Notes: generated by a model not told the origin, from the sequence alone. A stretch of DNA of 63,748 bases, filler included, from Licmophora abbreviata (GCA_900291995.1; 18 parts of 18 records of this genome joined end to end with filler, not necessarily neighbours in it), one strand, 5' to 3'. Positions 9,527-19,495 are shown, numbered from the whole stretch's first letter. Numbers and translations are program-made.

Positions 9527-9711
9527 AACCGCCTGCCACCTCCGCCGAACCGTTCTGCTTTAAAGCGCCCGATCCCCCGTGAGACACCCGCCTCGGCTCT
9601 CCCCGGCCGTGTCACCCGCAAGACCCTTCCGTTCTGTTTTTGCCCCCGCTTAATGCCCCACTCGGGAGCGTCGTCGGGGGTTTCGGATGGTTATCTTCGG
9701 CTTCGAAGGTC
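9527..9711 (+). repeat. copy 2 of the ~185-bp non-coding repeat (runs into a gap)
   Basis: Inverted match to 6381-6564. Confidence 0.95.
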
Positions 9712-9811
9712 NNNNNNNNNNNNNNNNNNNNNNNNNNNNNNNNNNNNNNNNNNNNTTAATTAATTAANNNNNNNNNNNNNNNNNNNNNNNNNNNNNNNNN
9801 NNNNNNNNNNN

Positions 9812-11173
9812 TGGGACGAGGTGTTCGAGGGAGGCAGCGGGAAGAGGCCCGGACCCAAGCCGAAGGCGAAACCGCGTGACATGCTCAAGGTCGTGCTGCT
9901 GGACCTCTACGTCGCCTGGACGGTCGATCCCGAGCTGTCGATCGGTGTCGATCTCAACCTGCGAAAGTGGGTGGCCGGGAGCCGGTACAACGCCCTTCAT
10001 CTTTCTCGGGCTGTTCCCGGTATCATCCACCGTCTGTCGGACGTGGGTTTGATCGACCTGTCCGTCGGCAGCTACGCGGGACCGGGTGCGAGCACCAACC
10101 GAACCGCCCGGATACGTGCCGCGGAGCCACTTCGAGCCAAGTTCAGGGAGGCTAGGTTCGGTCGGATGGACGTCGGTCATTCCGAGCGGGAGGAGTGTAT
10201 CATCCTTCGGGACCGCGACGGTAGCCCACTGGAATACGAGGACACCGAAGCCACCGTCGAGATGCGTCGTGAACTTCGAGCCTACAACGACCTGCTGCGA
10301 AGGACGTTCATCGACCTGCCGGGTGTCGAGGAGCCATTCATCGAACGGCGGATCAACGTCGGCGTGAGAGCGGGCGACGTGACCCGCGTTCCGATCTTCC
10401 CGGAGAACAAGTTCGTCCGCCGGGTCTTCTCGAGAGGAGACTGGAACCTCAACGGTAGGTTCTACGGCGGCTGGTGGCAGCAGATCGGGTCCGATCTCCG
10501 CAACACCATCCACATCAACGGCGCCCCCACGGTCGAGGTCGACTTCCGGGCGCTTCACGTGAACATTCTGAGCCTGGAGCAGGGTGTGAAGCTGGAGAAC
10601 GATCCCTACGACCTCCCCGAGAGCATTCTGGACGGCGTGGATCGTTTCGCCCAGCGCGGTTACCTCAAGACCCTCGTCCTCACCGCCATCAACGCCGCCG
10701 ATGAGCGGTCCGCGTATCAGGCCTTCCGGGACAACTACCCGGCGACGGACCCGGCGCGACGGTTTCGGAACGGCGACCTGAAGCGACTGCTGGATGCGTT
10801 CATCCGACAAACGCCGCAGTTGGCGGACGCCTTGTTTAACGATCAAGGTATCCGCCTGATGAACGTGGATGCCCGGATCGCGGAAGGTGTTCTGAGAGGG
10901 GCGACGGCACGAGACCTCCCGGTTCTTTGCGTTCACGACAGCTTCATCGTCGACTACCGAAAGACCAAGTTACTCAAGTTCCTAATGGCCTTGGCCTCGG
11001 GACAGGTGGTGGGCAGTGTTCTCCCGATCGCGAACGACTGGATGGGATGGGACGAGGTCGATGAGGAACGACGCGACGACTACGCCGAGGCTCGTCGGAT
11101 CAAGCCAACGCGAGGGTCCCTGGAGCGTCGGGCGGCTTTCGAGACTGTTTACGGACAGATCGCGCAGGGTTAG
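9812..11173 (+). CDS. hypothetical protein with PolA/T7-RNA-polymerase-superfamily palm motifs (5' end in gap)
   Basis: DWNLNGRFY, VEVDFRALH (motif A), RGYLKTLVLTAIN (motif B), VLCVHDSF (motif C) in the correct order. Confidence 0.7.
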   Translation, partial: WDEVFEGGSGKRPGPKPKAKPRDMLKVVLLDLYVAWTVDPELSIGVDLNLRKWVAGSRYNALHLSRAVPGIIHRLSDVGLIDLSVGSYAGPGASTNRTARIRAAEPLRAKFREARFGRMDVGHSEREECIILRDRDGSPLEYEDTEATVEMRRELRAYNDLLRRTFIDLPGVEEPFIERRINVGVRAGDVTRVPIFPENKFVRRVFSRGDWNLNGRFYGGWWQQIGSDLRNTIHINGAPTVEVDFRALHVNILSLEQGVKLENDPYDLPESILDGVDRFAQRGYLKTLVLTAINAADERSAYQAFRDNYPATDPARRFRNGDLKRLLDAFIRQTPQLADALFNDQGIRLMNVDARIAEGVLRGATARDLPVLCVHDSFIVDYRKTKLLKFLMALASGQVVGSVLPIANDWMGWDEVDEERRDDYAEARRIKPTRGSLERRAAFETVYGQIAQG

Positions 11174-12585
11174 CGTGGTAGGTTCCGGAGGAAGCGGTAG
11201 ATCTCCACCATGGCGCGGGTGTCGAGTTGGCAATACCGCAGCAGGCCCTGCGCAATTCGATCGGCTTCCGCAGGGTCCGCGGCAATCATCCGCTTCCAGG
11301 CGTCCATCGCCGCAGTCCCGTCCTGCACCTCGAGGCCTTGGTAGTTGAGCTCCGGGCACACCACGGGCAAGACCTTCTTGATCGAAGTCGACCCATCAAA
11401 CCTCGCGTCGACATACCCGGTTTTGAACGGGTCTTCCAAGTCGACCATGCGGTTGTTGATGTTGCGCAGGAAGGCTTGCTTTTCCGGGAACACTGCCGCC
11501 ATTGCTCTGTTTTGCGTACGCTCAAACGCTGCGTGCCAAGAAACGACGCTTCCCTCGGGGCCGATGTCTTGCTCAAGCTGCTCGATCAAGCGATCCGGCA
11601 GACGAGCTTCTCTCTCCAAGTATTCACGATGTCGCAACTGACCATCCTCGTCCAGAACGTGGAGGGAGTACTGGATCGGAAAGTGCTTATGCGGGCTCGC
11701 TCTGTCGATGATCGGAACCGCCGATGCGTAGGTCTCGTAGTCGAGGAAGTAGAGCGGGAATTCGAGATCGTCGAGGAACTGGTCGATTACACCAAGATCG
11801 ATCTGAGCTTCACCTGTGCGGAAAGCTTCCAGCACCGTTCTTTGTTGCGCCGTGAGATTTAGGTGTACGGGTACGTCCTCTAGCCGGAAGATACCCTGGT
11901 CCACCAAACCCTCGAGGCGCAGTCCGTAGAAACGTGGCAAGCTGTAGATTGATGGTCGCGGTATCTCGGGATTGAAGTGATCGAAGGCGTCGCAGTGCTT
12001 GCCGCGTGACTTGTAACGACAGGAGCAGCCGTCACGGTTGATATTTACGGCGAGCGAGGCGAGTGCCGCGTCGATCTCACGTTCCGTCTCCGCTTCGATT
12101 TCGGCAACGCGATCAGTGATGTCCTGGAAGACTAACAGTTCGACCGGATTGATGTGCCCGTCGCGGACGTAGGCACCGTCGAGGTGGACCAGGAATACCC
12201 GATCAATCGCCTGTCCGGCGCGCTCGGCGCATATCTTCTGGAAACAAGCGTCCTTGAGCTGGTAATGCGGCGCCTCCGTTTTTACTCGAGTCGAGGATTT
12301 GACCTCGTAAAGGGTTGCACCTCCATCGCCACCACCTTCTAGACCATCAACCCGGGCGAATAGTCCATCTTGTGTCTCGAAGACTTGCTCGAAACGCACG
12401 TTATCGTTCCCGCGCTCTTCGAAATATTGGCGAAAGTACCTTTCGACCTCACGCCCTTCATTGGCCAGCTTTTGCTGAAATGCCGAGAAATCACCCTCTG
12501 TGAAGTTCCCAGGATCACGCTTCGCGAGCCAGAACGATTTGTTACAGCTCAAGTATTGGATGAAGTCCGTCTTTGTAAGCGGCAT
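11170..12585 (-). CDS. DUF2779-type nuclease (N-terminal PD-(D/E)xK/Cas4-like plus C-terminal RNase H-fold exonuclease-like domain)
   Basis: ARVDGL...LYEVKSST...DACFQ; FLDYET...WHAAFE...DL...SIKKVLP...YCQLD. Confidence 0.8.
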   Translation of the reverse strand: MPLTKTDFIQYLSCNKSFWLAKRDPGNFTEGDFSAFQQKLANEGREVERYFRQYFEERGNDNVRFEQVFETQDGLFARVDGLEGGGDGGATLYEVKSSTRVKTEAPHYQLKDACFQKICAERAGQAIDRVFLVHLDGAYVRDGHINPVELLVFQDITDRVAEIEAETEREIDAALASLAVNINRDGCSCRYKSRGKHCDAFDHFNPEIPRPSIYSLPRFYGLRLEGLVDQGIFRLEDVPVHLNLTAQQRTVLEAFRTGEAQIDLGVIDQFLDDLEFPLYFLDYETYASAVPIIDRASPHKHFPIQYSLHVLDEDGQLRHREYLEREARLPDRLIEQLEQDIGPEGSVVSWHAAFERTQNRAMAAVFPEKQAFLRNINNRMVDLEDPFKTGYVDARFDGSTSIKKVLPVVCPELNYQGLEVQDGTAAMDAWKRMIAADPAEADRIAQGLLRYCQLDTRAMVEIYRFLRNLPR

Positions 12586-12693
12586 TATGTGATNNNNNNN
12601 NNNNNNNNNNNNNNNNNNNNNNNNNNNNNNNNNNNNNTTAATTAATTAANNNNNNNNNNNNNNNNNNNNNNNNNNNNNNNNNNNNNNNNNNNN

Positions 12694-13042
12694 AGGGATC
12701 GGGGCGGACATGCAGATCGAGCATGTCCTGTTCAACGATCGCGGTGCGGCTGCCCGACAGGAGCGAATAATGCACCCAGCCCCCCGCGCCGTCGCGGTCG
12801 CGCACGCGGCGCCAGTGGCCATGCTCGGCGGTGATCTCGAGCGGCACGTCGCGGCGCTTGAAGACCCAGTCGATCCGGTGGGTCAGGCTGGGACCACGGC
12901 GCACATTGCCTTCGCTCGCCTTCATCGACACGAAGCGCGGCAGGGGAAGATTCGTGACCGGGCCACGATCTTGTTGCTGCGCCTGGCCAGCAGATCCGAC
13001 CGACACCAACAGCGCGCACAGCACCACAAGCAGTGTTTTCAT
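12694..13042 (-). CDS. SH3-domain secreted protein (DUF1058-like), 3' end in gap
   Basis: Signal peptide; LPLPRFVSMK...NVRRGPSLTHRIDW...WRRVRDRDGAGGWVHYSLL. Confidence 0.85.
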
Positions 13043-13153
13043 TTCACGTGATCCGATTTCTGCCCGACGATCTGCATGGGGTTCTTGTGCCCCGTCCGTT
13101 CCTGCGCCAGTCTGGCAGTATTGCGCAGGCAAGAAAAGAAAAAGGAGGGGGAC

Positions 13154-14140
13154 ATGTCATCTGGACGCTTGAGTGTTGTCGTTACGCGACGCTTGCCCGA
13201 GACGGTCGAGAAACGGCTGAGCGAACTTTTCGACGTGTCGCTGCGGGAGGATGACACCCCGATGAGCCGCGCGGACCTGGTCGAGGCGGTGCGGACGGCG
13301 GATGTGATCGTGCCCACGCTGACTGACCGGATCGATGCCGCGTTGATCGCGCAGGCCGGAGATCAGCTTCGGCTGATCGCGAATTACGGCGCGGGGGTGG
13401 ACCATATCGACGTGCACACGGCGCGCCAGCACGGCATCCTCGTGTCCAATACGCCGGGTGTCTCAGCCGATGATACGGCGGATATGGCGATGGCGCTGAT
13501 CCTGGGGGTCACGCGGCGGATTCCCGAAGGGCTGGCGGTGATGCAGGCGGGGGGCTGGGACGGCTGGTCGCCCACCGCGCTTCTGGGCGGGCGTCTGGCG
13601 GGGCGGCGCCTTGGAATCCTTGGGCTTGGCCGGATCGGGCAGGCGGTGGCGCGGCGCGCGGCGGCGTTTGGCATGCAGATCCATTACCACAACCGGCGCC
13701 GGCTGCGCGAAGAGACCGAACAGGAATTGGGCGCGACCTATTGGGAAAGTCTGGATCAGATGGTGGCGCGGATGGATGTGCTGAGCCTCAACTGTCCGCA
13801 TACGCCCTCGACCTTTCATCTGATGAACGCGCGGCGGCTGAAGCTGATGAAGCCGGATGCGGTGATCGTCAATACCAGCCGCGGCGAGGTGATCGACGAG
13901 AACGCGTTGACGCGGATGTTGCGGGCGGGCGAGATCGCGGGGGCGGGCCTTGATGTCTATGAGAACGGTCCCGAGGTGAACCCGCGGCTGCGCGCGTTGC
14001 CGAATGTGGTGCTGCTGCCGCATATGGGATCGGCGACGGTGGAGGGGCGGGTCGAGATGGGCGAGAAGGTGATCCTGAACATCAAGACGTTTCAGGACGG
14101 CCACCGCCCGCCGGATCAGGTGGTTCCGGCGATGCTTTGA
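13154..14140 (+). CDS. 2-hydroxyacid dehydrogenase (D-glycerate dehydrogenase/glyoxylate reductase)
   Basis: GAGVDHID, NTPG, GILGLGRIG, NTSRG, LPHMGSAT. Confidence 0.9.
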   Translation: MSSGRLSVVVTRRLPETVEKRLSELFDVSLREDDTPMSRADLVEAVRTADVIVPTLTDRIDAALIAQAGDQLRLIANYGAGVDHIDVHTARQHGILVSNTPGVSADDTADMAMALILGVTRRIPEGLAVMQAGGWDGWSPTALLGGRLAGRRLGILGLGRIGQAVARRAAAFGMQIHYHNRRRLREETEQELGATYWESLDQMVARMDVLSLNCPHTPSTFHLMNARRLKLMKPDAVIVNTSRGEVIDENALTRMLRAGEIAGAGLDVYENGPEVNPRLRALPNVVLLPHMGSATVEGRVEMGEKVILNIKTFQDGHRPPDQVVPAML

Positions 14141-14201
14141 GGGCTGGGAGCCCACGCCGCATGCCGGGTTATGCCGCGCCATAGACGGCAAGGAGACAGG
14201 C

Positions 14202-15339
14202 ATGAGACTGCCGGCCATAGGATTGATCCTGTTCGTTTTTTCCGGAGCCGCGCTGGCGCAGCAGGCCGCGGATGCCGTGGCGCCCGAAGGGGAAGGCGCG
14301 GGGCGCGTCGCGGCAACGCCCGAGCTTGAGGCGGCGCAGGCGGCACGGGATGCCGGGCGCCCTGCGGAGGCNNNNNNNNNNNNNNNNNNNNNNNNNNNNN
14401 NNNNNNNNNNNNNNNTTAATTAATTAANNNNNNNNNNNNNNNNNNNNNNNNNNNNNNNNNNNNNNNNNNNNGGGCCGCCCTCGTCGGGGGGGGCTGACGG
14501 TGGGGCAGATCCTTGGCCTGCTGGAGCCCTTCGACCTGGCGGCGATGGGGCCGCAAAACGCGCAGGCCTGGCGGCTGATCGGGGATGCGAGCCGCCTCGC
14601 CTTTGCCGACCGAGGCCGCTACATGGCCGATGAGGATTTTGTCCCCGTTCCGGTCAAGGGTTTGATTGCAAAGGAATATATTGAGGAGCGCAGCCAGCTT
14701 TTGCAGGGCGATGACGCGCTGCCCGAGGTTGCGCCGGGACGGCCCGAGTTCGATCACAGCCTGAACCTGGCTGATGACATCTCGTTTGAGTTTCCGTCAA
14801 CCACGCATATTTCGATAACGGATCGTTACGGCAACGCACTGTCCATGACCTCGACCATCGAGAATGCGTTTGGGTCGCGAGTGATGGTGCGGGGGTTTTT
14901 GCTGAACAACGAGTTGACCGATTTTTCCTTTCGATCTCATGAAGAGGGCGTTCCGATCGCCAATCGGGTGGAGCCGGGAAAGCGCCCAAGATCGTCCATG
15001 GCGCCGACCATCGTGCTGAAAGACGGCGCGCCGGTGATGATCGTCGGCAGCCCCGGAGGTAGCCGGATCATCGGCTATGTGGTCAAGGCGATCATCGCGC
15101 ATCTGGACTGGAAAATGGATGTGCAACAAGCGGTTAGCATGCCCAACATGGTCAACAGGTTCGGCGTTTTCGATCTGGAGGCGGGCACATGGGCCGCCGA
15201 TCTTGCGCCGGATCTGGAGGCGTTGGGCTATGAGGTCAGGATCGCGCCGATGGTGTCGGGGCTGCATGCGATATCGCTTGGCGAGGGGTTGCGCGGCGGG
15301 GCCGATCCGCGCCGCGAAGGCATCGCCCTGGGCGACTGA
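14202..15339 (+). CDS. ggt: gamma-glutamyltransferase (split by gap 14372-14471)
   Basis: Signal peptide; STTHISI nucleophile Thr; LNNELTDF; GKRPRSSMAP; GSPGG; GGADPRREG. Confidence 0.9.
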
Positions 15340-15565
15340 AATTCTCCGAAAGGCCCGAAAAAGGGCTTCGGTATCACGTCGGTATTGCGTCGGTGCGATA
15401 TCGGTGCGAGCGCGGCACGAACTGCTGTAGGGCGCGCGACCCCCGGACAGGAGTGTCGGGAAATGCGAAGGCGTCGGTTTTGCGCGTTCTTGTGTCGGCT
15501 GGACCCACCTTGGCGCAGCAGGACTGCTAAACAGGGCGCAATCGTAAGCCAAGGAGTCGCTGCTC

Positions 15566-17081
15566 ATGAAGACCCACGTCAAAGCCCTTATCGTCGGTGG
15601 CGGCGCCATCGGCACGTCGATCGCCTATCATCTGGCCCGGTTCGGCTGGGACGATGTGGTGCTGCTGGAGCGCGACGAGCTGACCAGCGGATCGACATGG
15701 CACGCGGCGGGGCTTTTGCCGCTGTTCAACATGTCCTACGCGGTCACGCATATCCACGACTATTCGGTGAAGTTCTACAAGACGCTGGAAGAAGAGACCG
15801 GGCTGAATGCCGGGTTCTCGGTGGTGGGTAACCTGCGCATGGCGCAGACCGATGCGCGGATGGATGAATACCGGGTCTATGCCTCGACCGCCGAGACGGT
15901 GGGGGNNNNNNNNNNNNNNNNNNNNNNNNNNNNNNNNNNNNNNNNNNNNTTAATTAATTAANNNNNNNNNNNNNNNNNNNNNNNNNNNNNNNNNNNNNNN
16001 NNNNNGGATGCGCCCGAAAGCTTCGATCACGACGCGCGCAGCTTCCGCCGGGGGGGCTGGTGGTCCTATGCGGTGGAAGAGGCGAAGGCGGTGCGCGAGG
16101 GTGTGGGCCTGATCGATGCGTCGGCCTTTACCAAGCACACGGTGAAGGGACCGGGCGCCACGGCGTTTCTGGATTGGTTCACCTGCAACAAGCTGCCCAA
16201 GATCGGGCGGATCAACCTGACCTACGCGCTGACGCCGGCTGGCACGACGCGCACCGAATACACCATCGTGCGGCTTGCCGAGGACAGCTATTACCTTGTT
16301 TCGGCGGGCGCGCTGACGGATTATGACGGCGATTACCTGCGCAAATGCGCCGAGGACAAGGCGGCCGAGTTCGGTTACATCGCGATCGAGGATGTGACCA
16401 CGCAATGGGGTGTCTTTGCCATCGCCGGTCCGAAATCGCGCGATGTGCTGAAAGAGGTGGTCAAGGATGCCGAGCCGGACACGGTGCTGTCCAACAAGCG
16501 GTTCCCGTGGCTGAGCCAGCGCGACATCGAACTGGGCATGTGCCCGGTGCGCGCGATCCGCGTGGCCTATACCGGGGAGTTGGGCTGGGAGCTGCATCAT
16601 CCGATCGAGATGCAGAACTACCTGTTCGACCTGCTGGAAAAGGCCGGTGAAAAGCATGGGCTGAAGCTGGTGGGCGCACGGGCGCAGAACTGGCTGCGGC
16701 AGGAGAAATCCTATCGGGCCTTCGGCAACGAACTGGGCCGGGATGCCACCCCGCTCGAGGCTGACTTGCCGCGCTTCGTGGATCAGTCCAAGGCATTTCA
16801 GGGCAAGGACGCGATGAACGCGATCGGCGTGCGGTTCAAATGCGTGACCGTGTTGATCGACGGGCCGCAGGATGCCGACCCTTGGGGTGCCGAGGCGCTC
16901 TATGATGGCGATGAGCGTGTCGGGCGCCTGACTTCGGGGGGGTATTCGGTGGCGTTCGGCAAGTCGATCGGCATGGGCTATGTCAGCACTGACAAGGCCG
17001 AGGTGGGCCAGACGCTGCAGGTGCGTATCCTGGGCGAGCTGTGGCCCGCCGAGGTGGTGCAGGACAGCCCCTATGATCCGG
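15566..17081 (+). CDS. FAD-dependent oxidoreductase with GcvT domain (dimethylglycine dehydrogenase-like), gapped
   Basis: IVGGGAIG, LTSGSTWHAAG; C-terminal AYTGELGWE and LRQEKSY GcvT motifs. Confidence 0.85.
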
Positions 17082-17181
17082 NNNNNNNNNNNNNNNNNNN
17101 NNNNNNNNNNNNNNNNNNNNNNNNNTTAATTAATTAANNNNNNNNNNNNNNNNNNNNNNNNNNNNNNNNNNNNNNNNNNNN

Positions 17182-17597
17182 TCCACCTCGCCGGTGATGA
17201 GCTGGCCAAGGCAGTCATCGCGATTGCCCGAGCGGACGCGCACGGCCCGGTCACGGGCAAGGATCTGCACAAGGCGCGGCGACACGGTGGTGGTGATCGC
17301 ATGTTGGCAGGCGAGGGCCACGGTGCGGCCGGCCCCGGCAGCCGAGCGGCGCAACCCGTCGCGCAGGGCACGCAGATCGGCGGCCATGCGGCGCATCTCG
17401 TCTTCATGGGCGCGCACGGCCGCCAGAAGTTGCACAGGTTTGCGCGAGCGGTCGAAAAGCGGCGTTCCGATCCCGTCCTCGATGCTGCGGATGCGGCGGG
17501 TGAAGGCCGATTGCGTCAGGTTGCGCGCGTCGGCGGCGCGGGCGAAAGAGCCTGTGTCGAGCACGGCGAGGATATCTTCGAGCCAATCCAGTCGCAT
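17182..17597 (-). CDS. cuyR: LysR-family regulator (CuyR-like), 3' end in gap
   Basis: LysR HTH GSFARAADARNLTQSAFTRRI; divergent from cuyA. Confidence 0.7.
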
Positions 17598-17627
17598 GGC
17601 TCATGGGATAGGGCAGGGCGCGTTAAC

Positions 17628-17662
17628 TTGCAAGATATGCAAGATGGCTTGCGCGTTTCGCA
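17628..17662. promoter_or_regulatory. paired LysR T-N11-A boxes
   Basis: TTGCA-AGATA-TGCAA (17628-17642) and TGCG-CGTTT-CGCA (17650-17662), about two helical turns apart. Confidence 0.65.
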
Positions 17663-17723
17663 TTTGCAGAGGGGGTGTCTGGCGCGGTATCTGCTGGGTA
17701 TCGCATCATAAGGAGGTATCCGC

Positions 17724-18744
17724 ATGCATCTCGCCCGATTCCCACGTCATTTCCTGGCCCATCTGCCCACCCCGCTGGAACGCATGGACCGTCTGAGCGC
17801 CGAGTTGGGCGGTCCGGAAATCTGGATCAAGCGCGACGATTGCACCGGCCTGTCCACGGGGGGCAACAAGACCCGCAAACTGGAATTCCTGATGGCCGAA
17901 GCCGAGGCGCAGGGCGCCGAGATGGTGATGACGCAGGGCGCCACCCAGTCGAACCATGCCCGCCAGACCGCAGCCTTTGCCGCCAAGCTGGGCATGAAGT
18001 GCCATATCCTGCTGGAAGACCGGACCGGGTCGAACGATCCGAACTACAATTACAACGGCAATGTGCTGCTCGATCACCTGCATGGCGCGACCACCGAAAA
18101 GCGCCCCGCCGGCGGTGACATGAATGCCGAGATGGAGGCCGTGGCCGACAAGCTGCGCGCCGATGGCAAGAAGGTCTATACCATCCCCGGCGGCGGATCG
18201 AACCCAACGGGGGCGCTTGGCTATGTCAACTGCGCGTTCGAGTTGCTGAACCAGGTCAATGGCACGGGTCTCAAGATCGACCATATCGTGCACGCCACCG
18301 GCAGCGCGGGCACGCAGGCGGGTCTGATCACCGGTCTGAAGGCGATGAATGCGCAGATCCCGCTTCTGGGGTCGGGGTGCGGCCCCCAAGCCCAAGCAGG
18401 AAGAGAATGTCTATAACCTGGCCTGCGCCACCGCCGAAAAGCTGGGCTGCGCGGGTGTGGTTCAGCGCGAGGATGTGGTCGCCAATACCGATTATGTCGG
18501 CGACGGCTATGGCATTCCCACCGAAAGCGGGCTGGAGGCGATCCGCATGTTCGCGGAGCTCGAAGCGATCCTGCTTGATCCGGTCTATTCGGCCAAGGGG
18601 GCCGCGGGCCTGATCGACCTGATCCGCAAGGGTCATTTCAAGAAGGGCGAGCGGATTGTGTTCCTGCATACCGGCGGGGCCGCGGCGCTGTTCGGCTATG
18701 ACCATGCGTTCGATTTTGCCGACCGCTGGAGCACCGCGGGCTGA
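17724..18744 (+). CDS. cuyA: L-cysteate sulfo-lyase (D-cysteine desulfhydrase family), apparent frameshift near 18370-18390
   Basis: MHLARFPR...[21 protein letters not shown] (PLP lysine); closely resembles Roseobacter CuyA; C-terminal part (PKPKQEENV...LDPVYSAK...FLHTGG) is in another frame. Confidence 0.85.
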
Positions 18745-18778
18745 GGCCTTCGGCCAGAGGCATCCGACCCATGACATG

Positions 18779-18809
18779 AAAGGGCAGGCGCAAGAGCCTG
18801 CCCTTTTTT
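18779..18809 (+). terminator. Rho-independent terminator
   Basis: AAGGGCAGGC-GCAAGA-GCCTGCCCTT followed by T-run. Confidence 0.8.
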
Positions 18810-18834
18810 CGTTCCGCACGGGACGCAGGCCGGG

Positions 18835-19494
18835 TCAGCCCGGGCGCCGCGCCACGATGGCGAGATTGTTGGCGGGCATCTCGACCACGTCGACAAGGAT
18901 CAGCCCGGCCTCGTGCATCCAGTCGATCACGTCGAAATCGTCCTTGTAGCCGATCTCGGGGTCCTGGGCACGCAGGCTGGCGTCGAAGCTTGCATCGCCT
19001 TCGGATGTCGCCTCGCCCGCGCGCAGGAAGGGGCCGTAGACGATCAGCCGGCCATCCGGGGCCAGGGCTTGTGCGGCTTCGGCGATCAGGATCTGGGCCT
19101 CGGGCGTGCTGATGAGGTGCAGGAGATTGACCGTCAGGATCATGTCCTGTCCGGGATGCGCCGCGCCCCAGCCGGGGGCGGTGGCATCAAGCGCCATGGC
19201 GGGGCGCAGATTGGGGGCCTGTGTGCTGGCGGCCCACGCGTCGATGCTGGCGCGGCGGGTGGGGTCGATCTCGGTCGGTTGCCAGTCAAGCCCGGGCAGG
19301 GCGGCGGCAAAGGCTGCCGCGTGCTGACCGGTGCCCGAGGCAAGTTCCAGCACGCGGCCTGCAGCGGGGCCGTGATGGCGGATCAGCGACAGGATCGGGC
19401 CGGTGTTGCGTTCGGCGGAGGGGGCATGCAGGCGACCGGCGTCGCCGGTGGCGGCGACCGAGGCTGTGTCGGGCAGTCTGTCGCGGCGGGGCAT
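18835..19494 (-). CDS. DUF938 SAM-dependent methyltransferase
   Basis: APSAERN, VLELASGTGQH, WQPTE, YGPF, MPANN. Confidence 0.9.
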   Translation of the reverse strand: MPRRDRLPDTASVAATGDAGRLHAPSAERNTGPILSLIRHHGPAAGRVLELASGTGQHAAAFAAALPGLDWQPTEIDPTRRASIDAWAASTQAPNLRPAMALDATAPGWGAAHPGQDMILTVNLLHLISTPEAQILIAEAAQALAPDGRLIVYGPFLRAGEATSEGDASFDASLRAQDPEIGYKDDFDVIDWMHEAGLILVDVVEMPANNLAIVARRPG

Positions 19495-19495
19495 G

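Larger units (their letters stand above)
784..12593. mobile_element. tRNA-Leu-adjacent genomic island (right end hidden, probably in or after the gap at 12594-12693)
   Basis: Starts directly after the tRNA CCA; AT-richer patches; tyrosine recombinase; accessory genes; core genes resume after 12694. Confidence 0.7.

Noticed and set aside
11170..12585. CRISPR-Cas locus suggested by the Cas4-like domain
   Set aside because: No repeat-spacer array or other cas genes anywhere in the window
7854..12585. Prophage
   Set aside because: No structural, packaging or lysis genes visible; an integrase alone is insufficient
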